This document shows, in pieces, positions 1 to 9,057 of a stretch of 64,000 nucleotides of DNA. This stretch comes from a virus: IMG/VR virus record IMGVR_UViG_3300025648_000013, one strand, 5' to 3'. The notes below the pieces were generated by a model. It was not told where the DNA came from, did no database searches, and was given only the letters and a program-made list of their open reading frames with translations. The first letter of the stretch is position 1. Every line of letters starts with the position of its first letter. The translations under genes and the position numbers were made by a program.

Positions 1-1
1 C

Positions 2-85
2 GCGCATGTGCTAGCTGCGCTCGCGGGGGCCGCTCCTAAGAAAATCATTGTGGTGCCCGACCGATTGGTGAACATCGTCGCATGA
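2..85 (+). CDS. leuS: Leucine--tRNA ligase, 3' end only (host DNA)
   Basis: Translates to AHVLAALAGAAPKKIIVVPDRLVNIVA*, the typical LeuS C-terminus (KKxIVVPxRLVNIV). GC-rich; stop overlaps the next ATG as in leuS-lptE operons. Confidence 0.85.
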   Translation, partial: AHVLAALAGAAPKKIIVVPDRLVNIVA

Positions 86-195
86 TAAAACGCCTCGCGC
101 CCCTGCTGCTCACCCTCGCACTGCCTGCCTGCGGGCTGCACCCGCTCTATTCGAATGGGTCACACGGCGCGGCCGGGCAGTTCCTCGGCGATGTC
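82..195 (+). pseudogene. lptE: LPS assembly lipoprotein LptE, N-terminal fragment cut by a junction near 195 (host DNA)
   Basis: MIKRLAPLLLTLALPACGLHPLY: lipobox plus the CGxxPLY motif, directly after leuS. The frame stops at 222 after unrelated sequence. Confidence 0.75.
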
Positions 196-242
196 GGCGG
201 AGGAGCCACTGCGGGCGTGTAAGGCTGTGGAGCCAGCATGAT

Positions 243-297
243 ATGCCAACCTTGCTGCGCATTGGCGCGTTCCGCTTTTACTTTTTCAGCCACGATA
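243..297 (+). pseudogene. DUF4160-family protein, N-terminal fragment (host DNA)
   Basis: MPTLLRIGAFRFYFFSHD resembles DUF4160 N-termini; the frame then runs into antisense SulP sequence. Confidence 0.6.
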
Positions 298-800
298 CCG
301 ACAATGAGGCTGACAATGTTGATATCTTGAGCCCGCTCGCACATCGCGAGGAGCAATCGAGCGACGTTGGGCGCGTGGATATCGACCCCGAACAAAATCG
401 GCAATTGCTTGACAATAATCGTGATTGCCAAACCAAACGCGAAGCCCCGCAAAACGGGGCGTGCGATGAAGCCGGACAGACTGCCCAACCGCAAATAGCC
501 GGCAGCCACAAAGATCACCCCGGTCAGCGCGACAATCAGCGTTGCGAATACTTCCGGAGCTTCAATGGTTGTTCCTAGCCCGCCGATGGCTGCGGCGAGC
601 ATCGCCGCTGACGAGGAGGTTGGCGCGACAATCGCGAACCGGCTCGTTCCAACGAGTGCATAAACGAGCCCACCGATGATCGCGGCGAAAATCGCATGTT
701 GCGGTGCAAACCCCGCAATCGCCGCATAGGCGACCGCTTCCGGCAACATCAACCCTGCAACCGAAACACCCGCAATGAGATCGGCGCTACGCCCGCTCAT
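289..800 (-). pseudogene. SulP-family anion permease, N-terminal ~170 aa only (host DNA)
   Basis: DLIAGVSVAGLMLPEAVAYAAIAG...GTSR...PVLRGF...IIVKQLP are SulP motifs; similarity stops abruptly at IVGIVA. Confidence 0.85.
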
Positions 801-812
801 GCGCCCATCCGC

Positions 813-1112
813 TTACATTTTTTCAATCTTCGCCTGCAGTGCTGCCAATTGTGCTTTCAGATCAGCAACCTCATCCTTAATCTCCGGCGATGTCGAAGGC
901 GCTGGTTGCGCGGCACCGGATGCAAGTCCGAACATTTCCATGTTGCGCTTGGCCAGTTCCGCGATTGGCCCTGCGGTAAAGGCACCTTCTAACGCCGAAC
1001 GGAACTGCTGCTGGTTCCGCTGGAAGGCTTCCATTGATGCTTCGAGATATTGTGGCACCATCGCCTGCATCGAATCACCGTACATCGAAATGAGTTGGCG
1101 CAAGAAATTGGC
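813..1112 (-). pseudogene. phaR: Polyhydroxyalkanoate synthesis repressor PhaR, C-terminal part; 5' end replaced by phage DNA
   Basis: NFLRQLISMYGDSMQAMVPQYLEASM is the alphaproteobacterial PhaR signature; GC content drops sharply beyond ~1112. Confidence 0.85.
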
Positions 1113-1413
1113 TGCAATATATCTAGATTGCACAGATGAAGAGTTTCATGGTATTCACGAATCTGTGGACAAGTATCTGAAGCGCAAGGCTCCTAATGCT
1201 CCTGTTGATAAGGAAGCACTTAACAAGCTTCTAATGGATCATAGTAAGATTATTCGTGAACTGCGATCCAAGGGTATTATTATTTTGTATCACAGCAAGC
1301 AACCAGACAAACCCAAACCACCACGTAAGCCTAGGGCACCAAAGGTAGCACCAGAGCCATCTGCACCTGCTGCTCCAAAAAAGACTAGACAACCACGAAA
1401 GACTCGTGTATAA
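1108..1413 (+). CDS. Phage hypothetical protein, C-terminal part with Lys/Pro-rich tail; 5' end lost at the junction
   Basis: The AT-rich portion of ORF 775..1413; the upstream part of that ORF is antisense phaR. Confidence 0.6.
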   Translation: MAAIYLDCTDEEFHGIHESVDKYLKRKAPNAPVDKEALNKLLMDHSKIIRELRSKGIIILYHSKQPDKPKPPRKPRAPKVAPEPSAPAAPKKTRQPRKTRV

Positions 1414-1474
1414 GTAAAGTCAATAGCGCAGACGTATTCACGATCAACCTAGGCACTGTCAAGAATACGTCTCA

Positions 1475-1482
1475 TATAAATA
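1475..1482 (+). promoter_or_regulatory. T4-type late promoter TATAAATA
   Basis: Exact gp55 consensus. Other exact copies: 16109, 23400, 35638, 38966, 47208, 47867, 49286, 56820, 57862 (+) and 15109-15116, 56898-56905 (-). Confidence 0.75.
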
Positions 1483-1486
1483 CTAC

Positions 1487-1741
1487 TGGAAGTTTCTACT
1501 TCCATTGTACTCTTACAACGCTTCAAGTCTGCGATGGCTAGTAAGCATTATATCTACAGTATCACGTTATACTATCGATATGATTCAAACGAAACAACGA
1601 CGATCTTGCATTTCCAGTAAGAGGGAAATGGATGTAGAAGATACCATATACATTTACTTTGTATCTTCTCATAGCATAGCTGTCTGTACGGGTTGAGATA
1701 CCCTATAAGACTTTCAGTTGTCGCCTAGGTCTTCGAACCTA
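1487..1741 (+). ncRNA. Candidate multibranched structured RNA or 5' leader
   Basis: Nested long-range stems and at least five local hairpins (see findings); no credible ORF. Confidence 0.55.
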
Positions 1742-1752
1742 AGAGGGAAGAA

Positions 1753-2202
1753 ATGTCTTACCTAAATAAAATCTTCAAGGCGATTGCCACTCTCGCACTG
1801 TTGGTTGTAATACCACAAGCAATGGCACAAACACCAAAACACGATCAAGCGCAACTAGAATGCGTAGCACAGACAATCTATTTTGAAGCCCGTGGTGAGC
1901 CACTAAATGGCCAGGTTGCAGTTGCAAATGTAATAATGAATCGTGTAAAACAAGGCTATGCTAAAACTCCATGTGAAGTTATTGCTATGAAACACCAGTT
2001 TAGCTGGATTCATCACCATCCTAAGATTGTATATCAAGACCTATATGAAAAGAATAAGCAAGTTGCTCGTTCTGTTTACTACGGACATGTAGGAGACAAC
2101 ATTAATGGCGCAATCTTCTATCATGCAAACTATGTAAATCCACATTGGAAGTACAAGAGAGTTGTGACGATAGGTCATCACATATTCTATAAAATCGCAT
2201 AA
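1753..2202 (+). CDS. SleB-like cell wall hydrolase (Hydrolase_2) with signal peptide
   Basis: CVAQTIYFEARGE...VANVIMNRV...QFSW...GAIFYHA...IGHHIFY. Confidence 0.9.
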   Translation: MSYLNKIFKAIATLALLVVIPQAMAQTPKHDQAQLECVAQTIYFEARGEPLNGQVAVANVIMNRVKQGYAKTPCEVIAMKHQFSWIHHHPKIVYQDLYEKNKQVARSVYYGHVGDNINGAIFYHANYVNPHWKYKRVVTIGHHIFYKIA

Positions 2203-2210
2203 ATAGATTT

Positions 2211-2234
2211 AGGGGTGGCTTCGGCTGCCCCTTT
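2211..2234 (+). terminator. Intrinsic terminator with cUUCGg loop
   Basis: AGGGGTGGC-TTCG-GCTGCCCCT followed by T residues. Confidence 0.75.
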
Positions 2235-2263
2235 ATCTCTTGACAAAACATACAGGATCGACT

Positions 2264-2509
2264 ATGTATACTATATATTCAAAGCCAGGTTGCTCAAACT
2301 GTACAGCAGCCATAAATCTTCTCACATCAAAGTCCATTCCATTCGTTGAAATGGATATTACAGACGAAGAGACAAAGAATCGTCTACTAACTGAAGTGCC
2401 ACATGCGCGCACAGTACCACAGATTTTTTATAACGAAACATACATTGGAGGGTATAATGAACTCAATGAACGAATCAAAAACGAATCTACCAACGTCCTA
2501 TTTGGATAG
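2264..2509 (+). CDS. Glutaredoxin (NrdC-like)
   Basis: YSKPGCSNC (CxxC), RTVPQIF, IGGY. Confidence 0.9.
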   Translation: MYTIYSKPGCSNCTAAINLLTSKSIPFVEMDITDEETKNRLLTEVPHARTVPQIFYNETYIGGYNELNERIKNESTNVLFG

Positions 2510-2741
2510 TCTAAAACATTTCGAGTGTAAGGTCAAGTTTCAGAAGAAAGATGGTTCAGAAAGGACCATGCTTTGTACCTTGCGCCCAGATGCTCTACCG
2601 ATCCAGACTGACCTAGAAGAGCAGATCCAAAATCGTAAGATCAATGCTGATGTTGTATCAGTATGGGATCTAGAGAACAATGGCTGGCGATCATTCCGCA
2701 AAGATTCTGTTGTTGATTTCAGTGTAGGGGGTTTTGTATAA
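2457..2741 (+). CDS. Conserved T4-like SH3/WYL_2-type small protein
   Basis: VKFQKKDGSERTMLCTL...VWDLENNGWRSFR; GGAGG RBS before ATG 2457. Confidence 0.7.
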   Translation: MNSMNESKTNLPTSYLDSLKHFECKVKFQKKDGSERTMLCTLRPDALPIQTDLEEQIQNRKINADVVSVWDLENNGWRSFRKDSVVDFSVGGFV

Positions 2742-3556
2742 TGAAAACTTTTAAAGGCTTCTTGGAAGAAGCTCCCATAACAATTAATAATACACCAATG
2801 CACGGGTCACATTCTAAACCACCTATCGTAATCAATGTGCCTCCTATGCATGGTGATCATGCGAATGTGAAAGAAATTTCAGAAGCAGGTCATGGAGGAT
2901 TTGGAGATTTTAGACCTACAATTGATCCTCCAGACTTTGACAAAGAATATCCAAATCAAAATTCTCATCTCGGAGAAACTCATAAAGATGTTGATGGTGC
3001 ATTGGAGAAAGAGTATTCAAATATTCACCAGAACAATAGTTCTTTTTCCAATGCGCTTAAATCATACACAAAAGATTCAACTACAATAAACAATCACCTT
3101 ACACACAACGAAAGTCTACTACATAAATATTTACATCCTATAACGCACTCCAGGATAAGTGCTTTGGATTCTCAGTTGACTTCTCCAGACACAAAATTGA
3201 AACATGATTTACACGTATATCATGGAACATCTGCTTTTAATCCAGATCAAGAAGCATCAAAGCATCCAGACCGAAAGATCAAAATGCCGATGTTTTTATC
3301 AACATCTATTAATCCAAAAATTGCACATAATTTTGCGGCATCTGGTGATGGACACAAAGATGGTACTAAAAGACATATATTGCATATTCACTTAAAAAAG
3401 GGTCAGCAGGGTGGAGTGTATATAGGAAGAAAAAGTAAATTCTCCAATAATGAATATGAGCAACTTTTACCAAGAGATACAACTCTAAAGGTTCATACAT
3501 TGCCTACTGTACTAAGTGATGGTACACATATATGGCATGCTCATTTAGCAGATTAG
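2741..3556 (+). CDS. ADP-ribosyltransferase (Alt/VIP2-like) with capsid-targeting-like N-terminus
   Basis: VYHG, FLSTS and EYEQLLPR (ExE) motifs; N-terminus MKTFKGFLEE. Confidence 0.75.
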   Translation: MKTFKGFLEEAPITINNTPMHGSHSKPPIVINVPPMHGDHANVKEISEAGHGGFGDFRPTIDPPDFDKEYPNQNSHLGETHKDVDGALEKEYSNIHQNNSSFSNALKSYTKDSTTINNHLTHNESLLHKYLHPITHSRISALDSQLTSPDTKLKHDLHVYHGTSAFNPDQEASKHPDRKIKMPMFLSTSINPKIAHNFAASGDGHKDGTKRHILHIHLKKGQQGGVYIGRKSKFSNNEYEQLLPRDTTLKVHTLPTVLSDGTHIWHAHLAD

Positions 3557-3567
3557 GAACATAGAAT

Positions 3568-3747
3568 ATGAACGAACTAACACGCTGGGAATATATCCGA
3601 GCATTTATTGCTAAGTGGATTGTGATCAACATTGCAGCACGTATTAGCAGTCTCGCAGTGGCGTCACTGATGATAGAAACATATGAACTTTATCATCAAA
3701 AACTAACAGAAGAAATGGAAGCGGTGGAACCAAATGAGCAATCATGA
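3568..3747 (+). CDS. Small hypothetical protein (59 aa)
   Basis: AGGA RBS; fills the gap and overlaps the next start. Confidence 0.55.
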   Translation: MNELTRWEYIRAFIAKWIVINIAARISSLAVASLMIETYELYHQKLTEEMEAVEPNEQS

Positions 3748-4693
3748 CCTAATGGAACGCAATGAGTTAAACAAGAACTCAAAGGGTGGTACAGAACTAC
3801 TACAAGAACGTCTATATGCGGGTGGTGTTCCTCGTGAACTTCTAGAAGACACACAGATTGTTTTCTCACGCGCTCGTGAACTAGACGAAACCAAGACGAA
3901 GATTTACTACTGCCATGATCTACCAGAAGATCCAGAGTCGTCGCGACTTTCTGATCCAATGTATCGTAAGAAGTTTGATAAGTTTGTTTTCGTTTCAAAC
4001 TGGCAGATGGAACAATACAACAACGTTCGTGGTGTACCATATAGCGATTCTGTTGTCATTAAAAACTCTATTGAACCTATCGACACTATAGCAAAGACTA
4101 TTGATGATAAAAAGATCCGATTGATCTACACACCTACTCCACATCGTGGTCTAGATATTCTGGTACCAGTCTTCATCAAGCTAGCCGAGAACGATCCCAA
4201 CATCGTTCTGGATGTTTATTCATCATTCAAACTTTATGGATGGGAACAGCGCGATCAACAGTATGAAGAGTTGTTTGAAATCTGTCGCCAGCATCCACAG
4301 ATTAACTATCACGGCTCTGTAAGCAACGAAGATTTGCGCAACGCATTGTTGAACGCAGACATCTTTGCATATCCTTCAATCTGGAAAGAAACATCCTGTC
4401 TTTGTTTGATCGAAGCCATGTCTGCTGGTCTACTCTGCATTCATCCTAATCTAGCAGCACTACCAGAAACTTCTATGGGCTTGACATGGATGTATCAGTG
4501 GAGCGAAGATAAGAATCATCATGCAAACTCATTCTATCAGGTTCTTTCACAGGGTATCAACGTTATGCGTAATCAAAGAGACTTGATTGCACAGGATCTT
4601 TATCTACAGAAAATCCAAGCAGATCGTACATACAACTGGAACACTAAAGCAATGGAATGGTCAGGCCTTCTAGAATCTCTAAAAAATAAATAA
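3734..4693 (+). CDS. Glycosyltransferase (GT-B, family 4-like)
   Basis: GGTE, FVFVSNWQ, RGLDIL, YPSIWKETSCLCLIEAMSAG. Confidence 0.85.
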   Translation: MSNHDLMERNELNKNSKGGTELLQERLYAGGVPRELLEDTQIVFSRARELDETKTKIYYCHDLPEDPESSRLSDPMYRKKFDKFVFVSNWQMEQYNNVRGVPYSDSVVIKNSIEPIDTIAKTIDDKKIRLIYTPTPHRGLDILVPVFIKLAENDPNIVLDVYSSFKLYGWEQRDQQYEELFEICRQHPQINYHGSVSNEDLRNALLNADIFAYPSIWKETSCLCLIEAMSAGLLCIHPNLAALPETSMGLTWMYQWSEDKNHHANSFYQVLSQGINVMRNQRDLIAQDLYLQKIQADRTYNWNTKAMEWSGLLESLKNK

Positions 4694-4712
4694 AGTTAGA
4701 CAGGAGACTTGT

Positions 4713-5081
4713 GTGAATACCAACACAGCCATTTCTACTAATGTGTCTATTGAGATAAAATCAAACATAATCCAGTTCCCGTTGAAGAACAGAACAAACT
4801 TCACGCAAGAACACTTAGAAGAGATGCGAGAGCAGGCGCTTCTAAACAAGATTGATTTTGTTGGATTTGTAACCGATGAGTTGATGGAAGAGTTGTTCTT
4901 CAAAGTTGGTATGCTTGGGTTCAACTTTGATGACGATGACTTCACCAAAGATGTTGCATTAGTGATCGAATCTTTACGATCTTTGATTCTAAAGAGTATG
5001 GGTGTCAATCATGGGCTGCAACAGGCGGCTCAGCAGTTGATTGATTTCCCAGAAATTGATGATGAAGATTTTGAGGAATAA
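4713..5081 (+). CDS. Conserved T4-like hypothetical protein
   Basis: NIIQFP motif, GGAG RBS, acidic tail. Confidence 0.65.
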   Translation: MNTNTAISTNVSIEIKSNIIQFPLKNRTNFTQEHLEEMREQALLNKIDFVGFVTDELMEELFFKVGMLGFNFDDDDFTKDVALVIESLRSLILKSMGVNHGLQQAAQQLIDFPEIDDEDFEE

Positions 5082-5143
5082 CTCTTTATATTATATCAAA
5101 AATGTTGTATATATAGAATGTAACAACATGAAAGCAACCTACT

Positions 5144-5989
5144 ATGATTATCGTGGATTTTTCACAGATTATGATTTCGACTCTTATGGTACAGATTGGA
5201 AACCATAAGAATGTAAAGATTGAAGAAGATATTATTCGGCATATGGTGTTGAATGCTCTTCGCGCACACAAGGTGAAGTTTACTGCCGAGTTTGGTGAGA
5301 TGGTCATTGCCTGCGATGACAAGAACTATTGGCGCAAGCAGGTTTACCCCTATTACAAAGCCAATCGCAAGAAGGAACGCGATGCGTCCGAACTTGACTG
5401 GAATGCAGTGTTTGAAACGCTGAACAAGATTCGTCAAGAAATCAAAGACTTCTTTCCCTATAAAGTCATTCAGGTAGAACATGCCGAAGCGGATGACATC
5501 ATTGCAACTCTTGTCAAGCAATATCATTTGCGCGAAAACATTCTGATTCTTTCAGGCGACAAAGACTTTGGTCAGTTGCAGAAGTATCCTAACGTCAAGC
5601 AATACAGCCCTGTACTCAAAAAGTACATCACTTGTACAAATCCTGACTTGTTTCTCAAGGAACATATCATGAAGGGCGATGCGTCTGACGGCATTCCTAA
5701 CTTTCTGTCTGCTGACAATGTTTTTGTGATGGGAGTTCGTCAATCGCCTATCACCTCTAAGAAGTTGTCGGCTTGGATTCTACAAGAACCCGAACAGTTT
5801 TGTAATGAAAATATGTTGCGCAATTACAAGCGCAATCAACTGTTGATTGATCTTGATTGTATTCCTACTGAAATCTCAGAGCAAGTTCTGGAACAGTACA
5901 ATACTCAGAAGAAAGATCGTAGCAAACTGTTCAACTATTTTGTAGAAAATCGTTTGAAGAATCTCCTAGAGTGTGTTGGTGATTTTTAA
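5144..5989 (+). CDS. rnh: T4-type RNase H (5'-3' exonuclease)
   Basis: IIVDFSQI, YWRK...YKANR, EADDII, SGDKDF, GDASDGIPN. Confidence 0.93.
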   Translation: MIIVDFSQIMISTLMVQIGNHKNVKIEEDIIRHMVLNALRAHKVKFTAEFGEMVIACDDKNYWRKQVYPYYKANRKKERDASELDWNAVFETLNKIRQEIKDFFPYKVIQVEHAEADDIIATLVKQYHLRENILILSGDKDFGQLQKYPNVKQYSPVLKKYITCTNPDLFLKEHIMKGDASDGIPNFLSADNVFVMGVRQSPITSKKLSAWILQEPEQFCNENMLRNYKRNQLLIDLDCIPTEISEQVLEQYNTQKKDRSKLFNYFVENRLKNLLECVGDF

Positions 5990-6046
5990 GATGGATATTT
6001 TAAAACATATTGATGATACGACAAACACTATTCGTGAAGATTGCTA

Positions 6047-6190
6047 ATGAGTCGAAAAAGAGTTGGGCCACCAAAGATCAGTAAAGTTAAAACAACAAAA
6101 AGCGGCTCAACTCGCACATACACAAAAAGTTTGAGCGGTAAATGGTCTATTACAGGTTGGAGTGGAAAGACTCCTCGAAGAAAGAAATGA
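6047..6190 (+). CDS. Small, highly basic protein (47 aa)
   Basis: MSRKRVGPPKISKVKTTKSGSTRTYTKSLSGKWSITGWSGKTPRRKK; fills the intergenic gap. Confidence 0.45.
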   Translation: MSRKRVGPPKISKVKTTKSGSTRTYTKSLSGKWSITGWSGKTPRRKK

Positions 6191-6203
6191 TAGGGAATAA
6201 ACA

Positions 6204-6704
6204 ATGTTAGGTATCTCAGAGATTTTGAATAAGATTGACGCTGAACCAGATTACGAAAAGCGTCGTAGTATGCTAGCCGCAAACGTAAACAATCCTACGT
6301 TTATGGAAATCCTAAAGATGACATATCATCCTGGTGTTCGCTGGCTTCTACCAGAAGGTGCACCTCCATACAAGCCATGTCAGTTTCTAGATCAGCAAGC
6401 AATGCTCTATAACACTTTCCGCAAGATGTATCTTTGGGTTGGGCCAGAAAATCCAAACATCTCGAAGGCAAAGCGTGAAGCATTGTTCGTAAACTTTTTG
6501 GAAGCACTTGATCCTGCTGATGCTAAACTTATCTTGGCAGTCAAGGACCGCAATCTTCCATATGTAAACATCGATGAACAACTCGTTCGTAGTGTATTCA
6601 CACTTTTGCTTCCACCTAAGCAGGAAGCAGATACAACAGTAGCAGAACCAGCCCCAGTCAATCGTCATCGCGGTCGCCCTAAGAAAGTAGCCGTAAATGC
6701 ATAA
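6204..6704 (+). CDS. Conserved T4-like hypothetical protein
   Basis: WLLPEGAPPYKP...KREALF...LEALDPADA; this family usually follows rnh. Confidence 0.75.
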   Translation: MLGISEILNKIDAEPDYEKRRSMLAANVNNPTFMEILKMTYHPGVRWLLPEGAPPYKPCQFLDQQAMLYNTFRKMYLWVGPENPNISKAKREALFVNFLEALDPADAKLILAVKDRNLPYVNIDEQLVRSVFTLLLPPKQEADTTVAEPAPVNRHRGRPKKVAVNA

Positions 6705-6867
6705 GTCTAAGAAGGTCATGAAGTTCAAGGATTGGTACGAAGAATACGAAGTGAACAATACTTCTCAGTTGAGAGAGTATCGTGAACACAAGAAAAATAA
6801 ACGTCTAAGTAGAGCAATCAAAACACTTGATATTGACCAACTTTTACAAATGGAAGACGATGAATAG
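6697..6867 (+). CDS. Small hypothetical protein (56 aa)
   Basis: MHKSKKVMKFKDWYEE...EDDE*; overlaps or abuts both neighbours. Confidence 0.55.
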   Translation: MHKSKKVMKFKDWYEEYEVNNTSQLREYREHKKNKRLSRAIKTLDIDQLLQMEDDE

Positions 6868-7230
6868 ATGAGTTATTGGGGTTATCACCTACTTTTGGAT
6901 TGCGGCGGATGTGATATCGCTTCAATCACAAATCCAGAAAAACTAGAGCATTGGGTAAAGGAACTTGTCAAACGTATTGACATGATTCCTTATGGTGAAC
7001 CCCAGATTCTTCACTTCGGTCACAATGAAGTTCATCTAGAAGGATGGACAGTGATTCAACTCATAGAGACAAGCAACATCATTGCACACTTCAATGATCA
7101 CACAGGAGAAGGATACATCGACATCTTCTCTTGCCGTGAATATGACATCGATGATGCTATCAATGTTGTCAATGAGTTTTTCAGCCCAGCTAGAATCCGC
7201 AAGACTTTTATCACGCGGCAAGCAGACTGA
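6868..7230 (+). CDS. speD: S-adenosylmethionine decarboxylase proenzyme family
   Basis: GYHLLLD, G-x-T-x-x-QLIETS-x-I-x-x-H, YIDIFSC. Confidence 0.8.
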   Translation: MSYWGYHLLLDCGGCDIASITNPEKLEHWVKELVKRIDMIPYGEPQILHFGHNEVHLEGWTVIQLIETSNIIAHFNDHTGEGYIDIFSCREYDIDDAINVVNEFFSPARIRKTFITRQAD

Positions 7231-7259
7231 TTTTATAAGTAATCGTAAGGAGTAACTAC

Positions 7260-7571
7260 ATGCCAATGTACCAATACCTCATTCCTGAAACACAAGAAAC
7301 GTGGGACGAGTTGTGGTCTTATGCATCACACAAGCAGTTTCTCCAAGACAATCCACACATTCAGCAAGTATTTCATATGCCTATGCTCGTAGGTGGTACT
7401 GGTGATCGTGTAAAAACCGACAGTGGTATGAACGATGTTCTAAGTCGCATCGCCGCTGCTAATCCATTTTCTCCACTCGCAGAGAAACATGGCTCTAAGG
7501 GGATTAAAGAAACAAAGACTCGTCAAGCGGTCAACAAAGTAAAGCAGAAGCTTGGCGGTGCTTTGACATAA
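7260..7571 (+). CDS. Conserved T4-like hypothetical protein (FmdB-like N-terminus)
   Basis: MPMYQY...FLQDNPHIQQ...DVLSRI; AAGGAG RBS; usual neighbour of phoH. Confidence 0.65.
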   Translation: MPMYQYLIPETQETWDELWSYASHKQFLQDNPHIQQVFHMPMLVGGTGDRVKTDSGMNDVLSRIAAANPFSPLAEKHGSKGIKETKTRQAVNKVKQKLGGALT

Positions 7572-7610
7572 TGTGCCGGTGACTTAACGTAAAACCGATT
7601 AAGGAGTCTT

Positions 7611-8381
7611 ATGGCTACGACAAGAGCGGAAAAGCGAGACCGTAATAGACAAAGTAGACAAAACAGAGAGAGAACATCAGAAGATAAACTAAAACTGTAT
7701 CTATCTAAAATATCACCTGCGACGGACAACCAACGCAGATCCTTTGAATACTATGATGGTGGTAAGAACCTTTTGCTCCATGGAGTTCCTGGTTCTGGCA
7801 AATCCTTCATCAGTCTATATCTTGCTCTTGAAGAGGTAATGGAAGACTTAAACAAACCTCGTAAAGTAGTCATCATTAGAAGCGCACAATCATCTAAGGC
7901 TATCGGTTTTCTACCAGGTAGCGCGGCTCAAAAGATGGAAGTCTTTGAAGCGCCTTACATCTCCATTTGCGCAAAACTATTCGGCCGCGGAGATGCGTAC
8001 AACATCCTAAAACAAAAAGGCATTGTTGAGTTTGAGTCAACATCATTCCTTCGTGGAACCACAATCGACAATGCGATTATTATTGTTGACGAAGCACAAA
8101 ATCTATCGTATATGGAGTTAAAGACGATTCTTACCCGAGTCGGGGAAGGGTCGCGCGTGATCGTATGCGGAGACATCAATCAAGATGACTTGACAAGTTC
8201 GCGTTACAATGAGACATCTGGGCTTAAAGCTATGCTGTTGATTCTGATGAAGATTCCTTCTATCAGAAAAGTTGAGTTCGAAGTGGATGATATCGTTCGT
8301 TCTGGATTTGTCCGTGAGTTTATTTTAGCAGAACTACAACAGATTGGTTATTTTCGTGATACAGAAGAAGTTCAGGCATAA
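7611..8381 (+). CDS. phoH: PhoH-family ATPase
   Basis: GVPGSGKS (Walker A), IGFLPG, SFLRGTT, VDEAQN, CGD, DIVRSG. Confidence 0.92.
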   Translation: MATTRAEKRDRNRQSRQNRERTSEDKLKLYLSKISPATDNQRRSFEYYDGGKNLLLHGVPGSGKSFISLYLALEEVMEDLNKPRKVVIIRSAQSSKAIGFLPGSAAQKMEVFEAPYISICAKLFGRGDAYNILKQKGIVEFESTSFLRGTTIDNAIIIVDEAQNLSYMELKTILTRVGEGSRVIVCGDINQDDLTSSRYNETSGLKAMLLILMKIPSIRKVEFEVDDIVRSGFVREFILAELQQIGYFRDTEEVQA

Positions 8382-9057
8382 TCTTGTAACACTGCCTGGT
8401 ATTGATAGGATTGATGGTGATGATACCACGGGAAGGCTTTATCGTCTTCCCGATGGTTCTAAAGTTCCGTCTGTAACCACTGTCCTAGGGTGGTACAAGA
8501 GACCACAGTTGGCGGAATGGCGCAAGAGGCTTGGTGAGGAAGAAGTTCAAAAGGTTTTGAAAAGAACTTCTAGTCGTGGTACCAAAGTTCATGCTATCTG
8601 TGAAGATTATCTACACAATAAAGAGATTGACAAAGACAAAGTAGATCCATTTGCATTGTTTTTGTTTACATCCATTCAAAAGTTTATTGATCGTATTGAC
8701 AATGTTCTTGGTGTTGAGTTGCAGATGTACTCCAATCATCTTGGAGTTGCTGGAACTGCTGACGTTATTGCAGACTTTGATGACCGTAGGTCTATCATCG
8801 ACTTCAAGACATCAGATAAACCTAAGAAAGAGGAGTGGATTGATACATACTTCATGCAGATGGCCATCTATGCGGTCATGTATGAAGAACTAACTGGTGT
8901 ACCTGTGAATAATCTTGTTGTTATCATTGCAGTAGAGAACAGCGAACCTCAGTTGTTCATCCAAAGAAGAAACCAGTGGATTGGAAAAGCAGTCAATGTC
9001 ATCAACACATACTACGATTATCACGGATTAACTCGTGGACAAATCACCAAAGTTTAA
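8344..9057 (+). CDS. PD-(D/E)XK (Cas4-like) exonuclease
   Basis: PSVTTVL, RGTKVH, AGTAD, IIDFKTS, YFMQ...Y; typical position after phoH. Confidence 0.85.
   Translation: MVIFVIQKKFRHNLVTLPGIDRIDGDDTTGRLYRLPDGSKVPSVTTVLGWYKRPQLAEWRKRLGEEEVQKVLKRTSSRGTKVHAICEDYLHNKEIDKDKVDPFALFLFTSIQKFIDRIDNVLGVELQMYSNHLGVAGTADVIADFDDRRSIIDFKTSDKPKKEEWIDTYFMQMAIYAVMYEELTGVPVNNLVVIIAVENSEPQLFIQRRNQWIGKAVNVINTYYDYHGLTRGQITKV

Noticed and set aside
1-1113. Prophage attachment site or integrated T4-like phage
   Set aside because: No integrase or att repeat, genes are cut on both sides, and there are further host-host junctions nearby.
775-1413. 212-aa ORF as a real gene (likewise 147..800 and 243..578 at full length)
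   Set aside because: These frames cross chimeric junctions and include antisense host sequence.
1505-1696. 63-aa ORF in the hydrolase leader
   Set aside because: TTG start without an RBS; the region is better explained by RNA structure.
7572-7610. Possible pseudoknot or riboswitch before phoH (CGGT/ACCG, CTTAA/TTAAG)
   Set aside because: Stems are short, there is a single copy and no covariation support.
8344-9057. CRISPR-Cas system suggested by the Cas4-like nuclease
   Set aside because: No repeat-spacer array or other cas genes in the window; this exonuclease is a standard phoH neighbour in T4-like phages.
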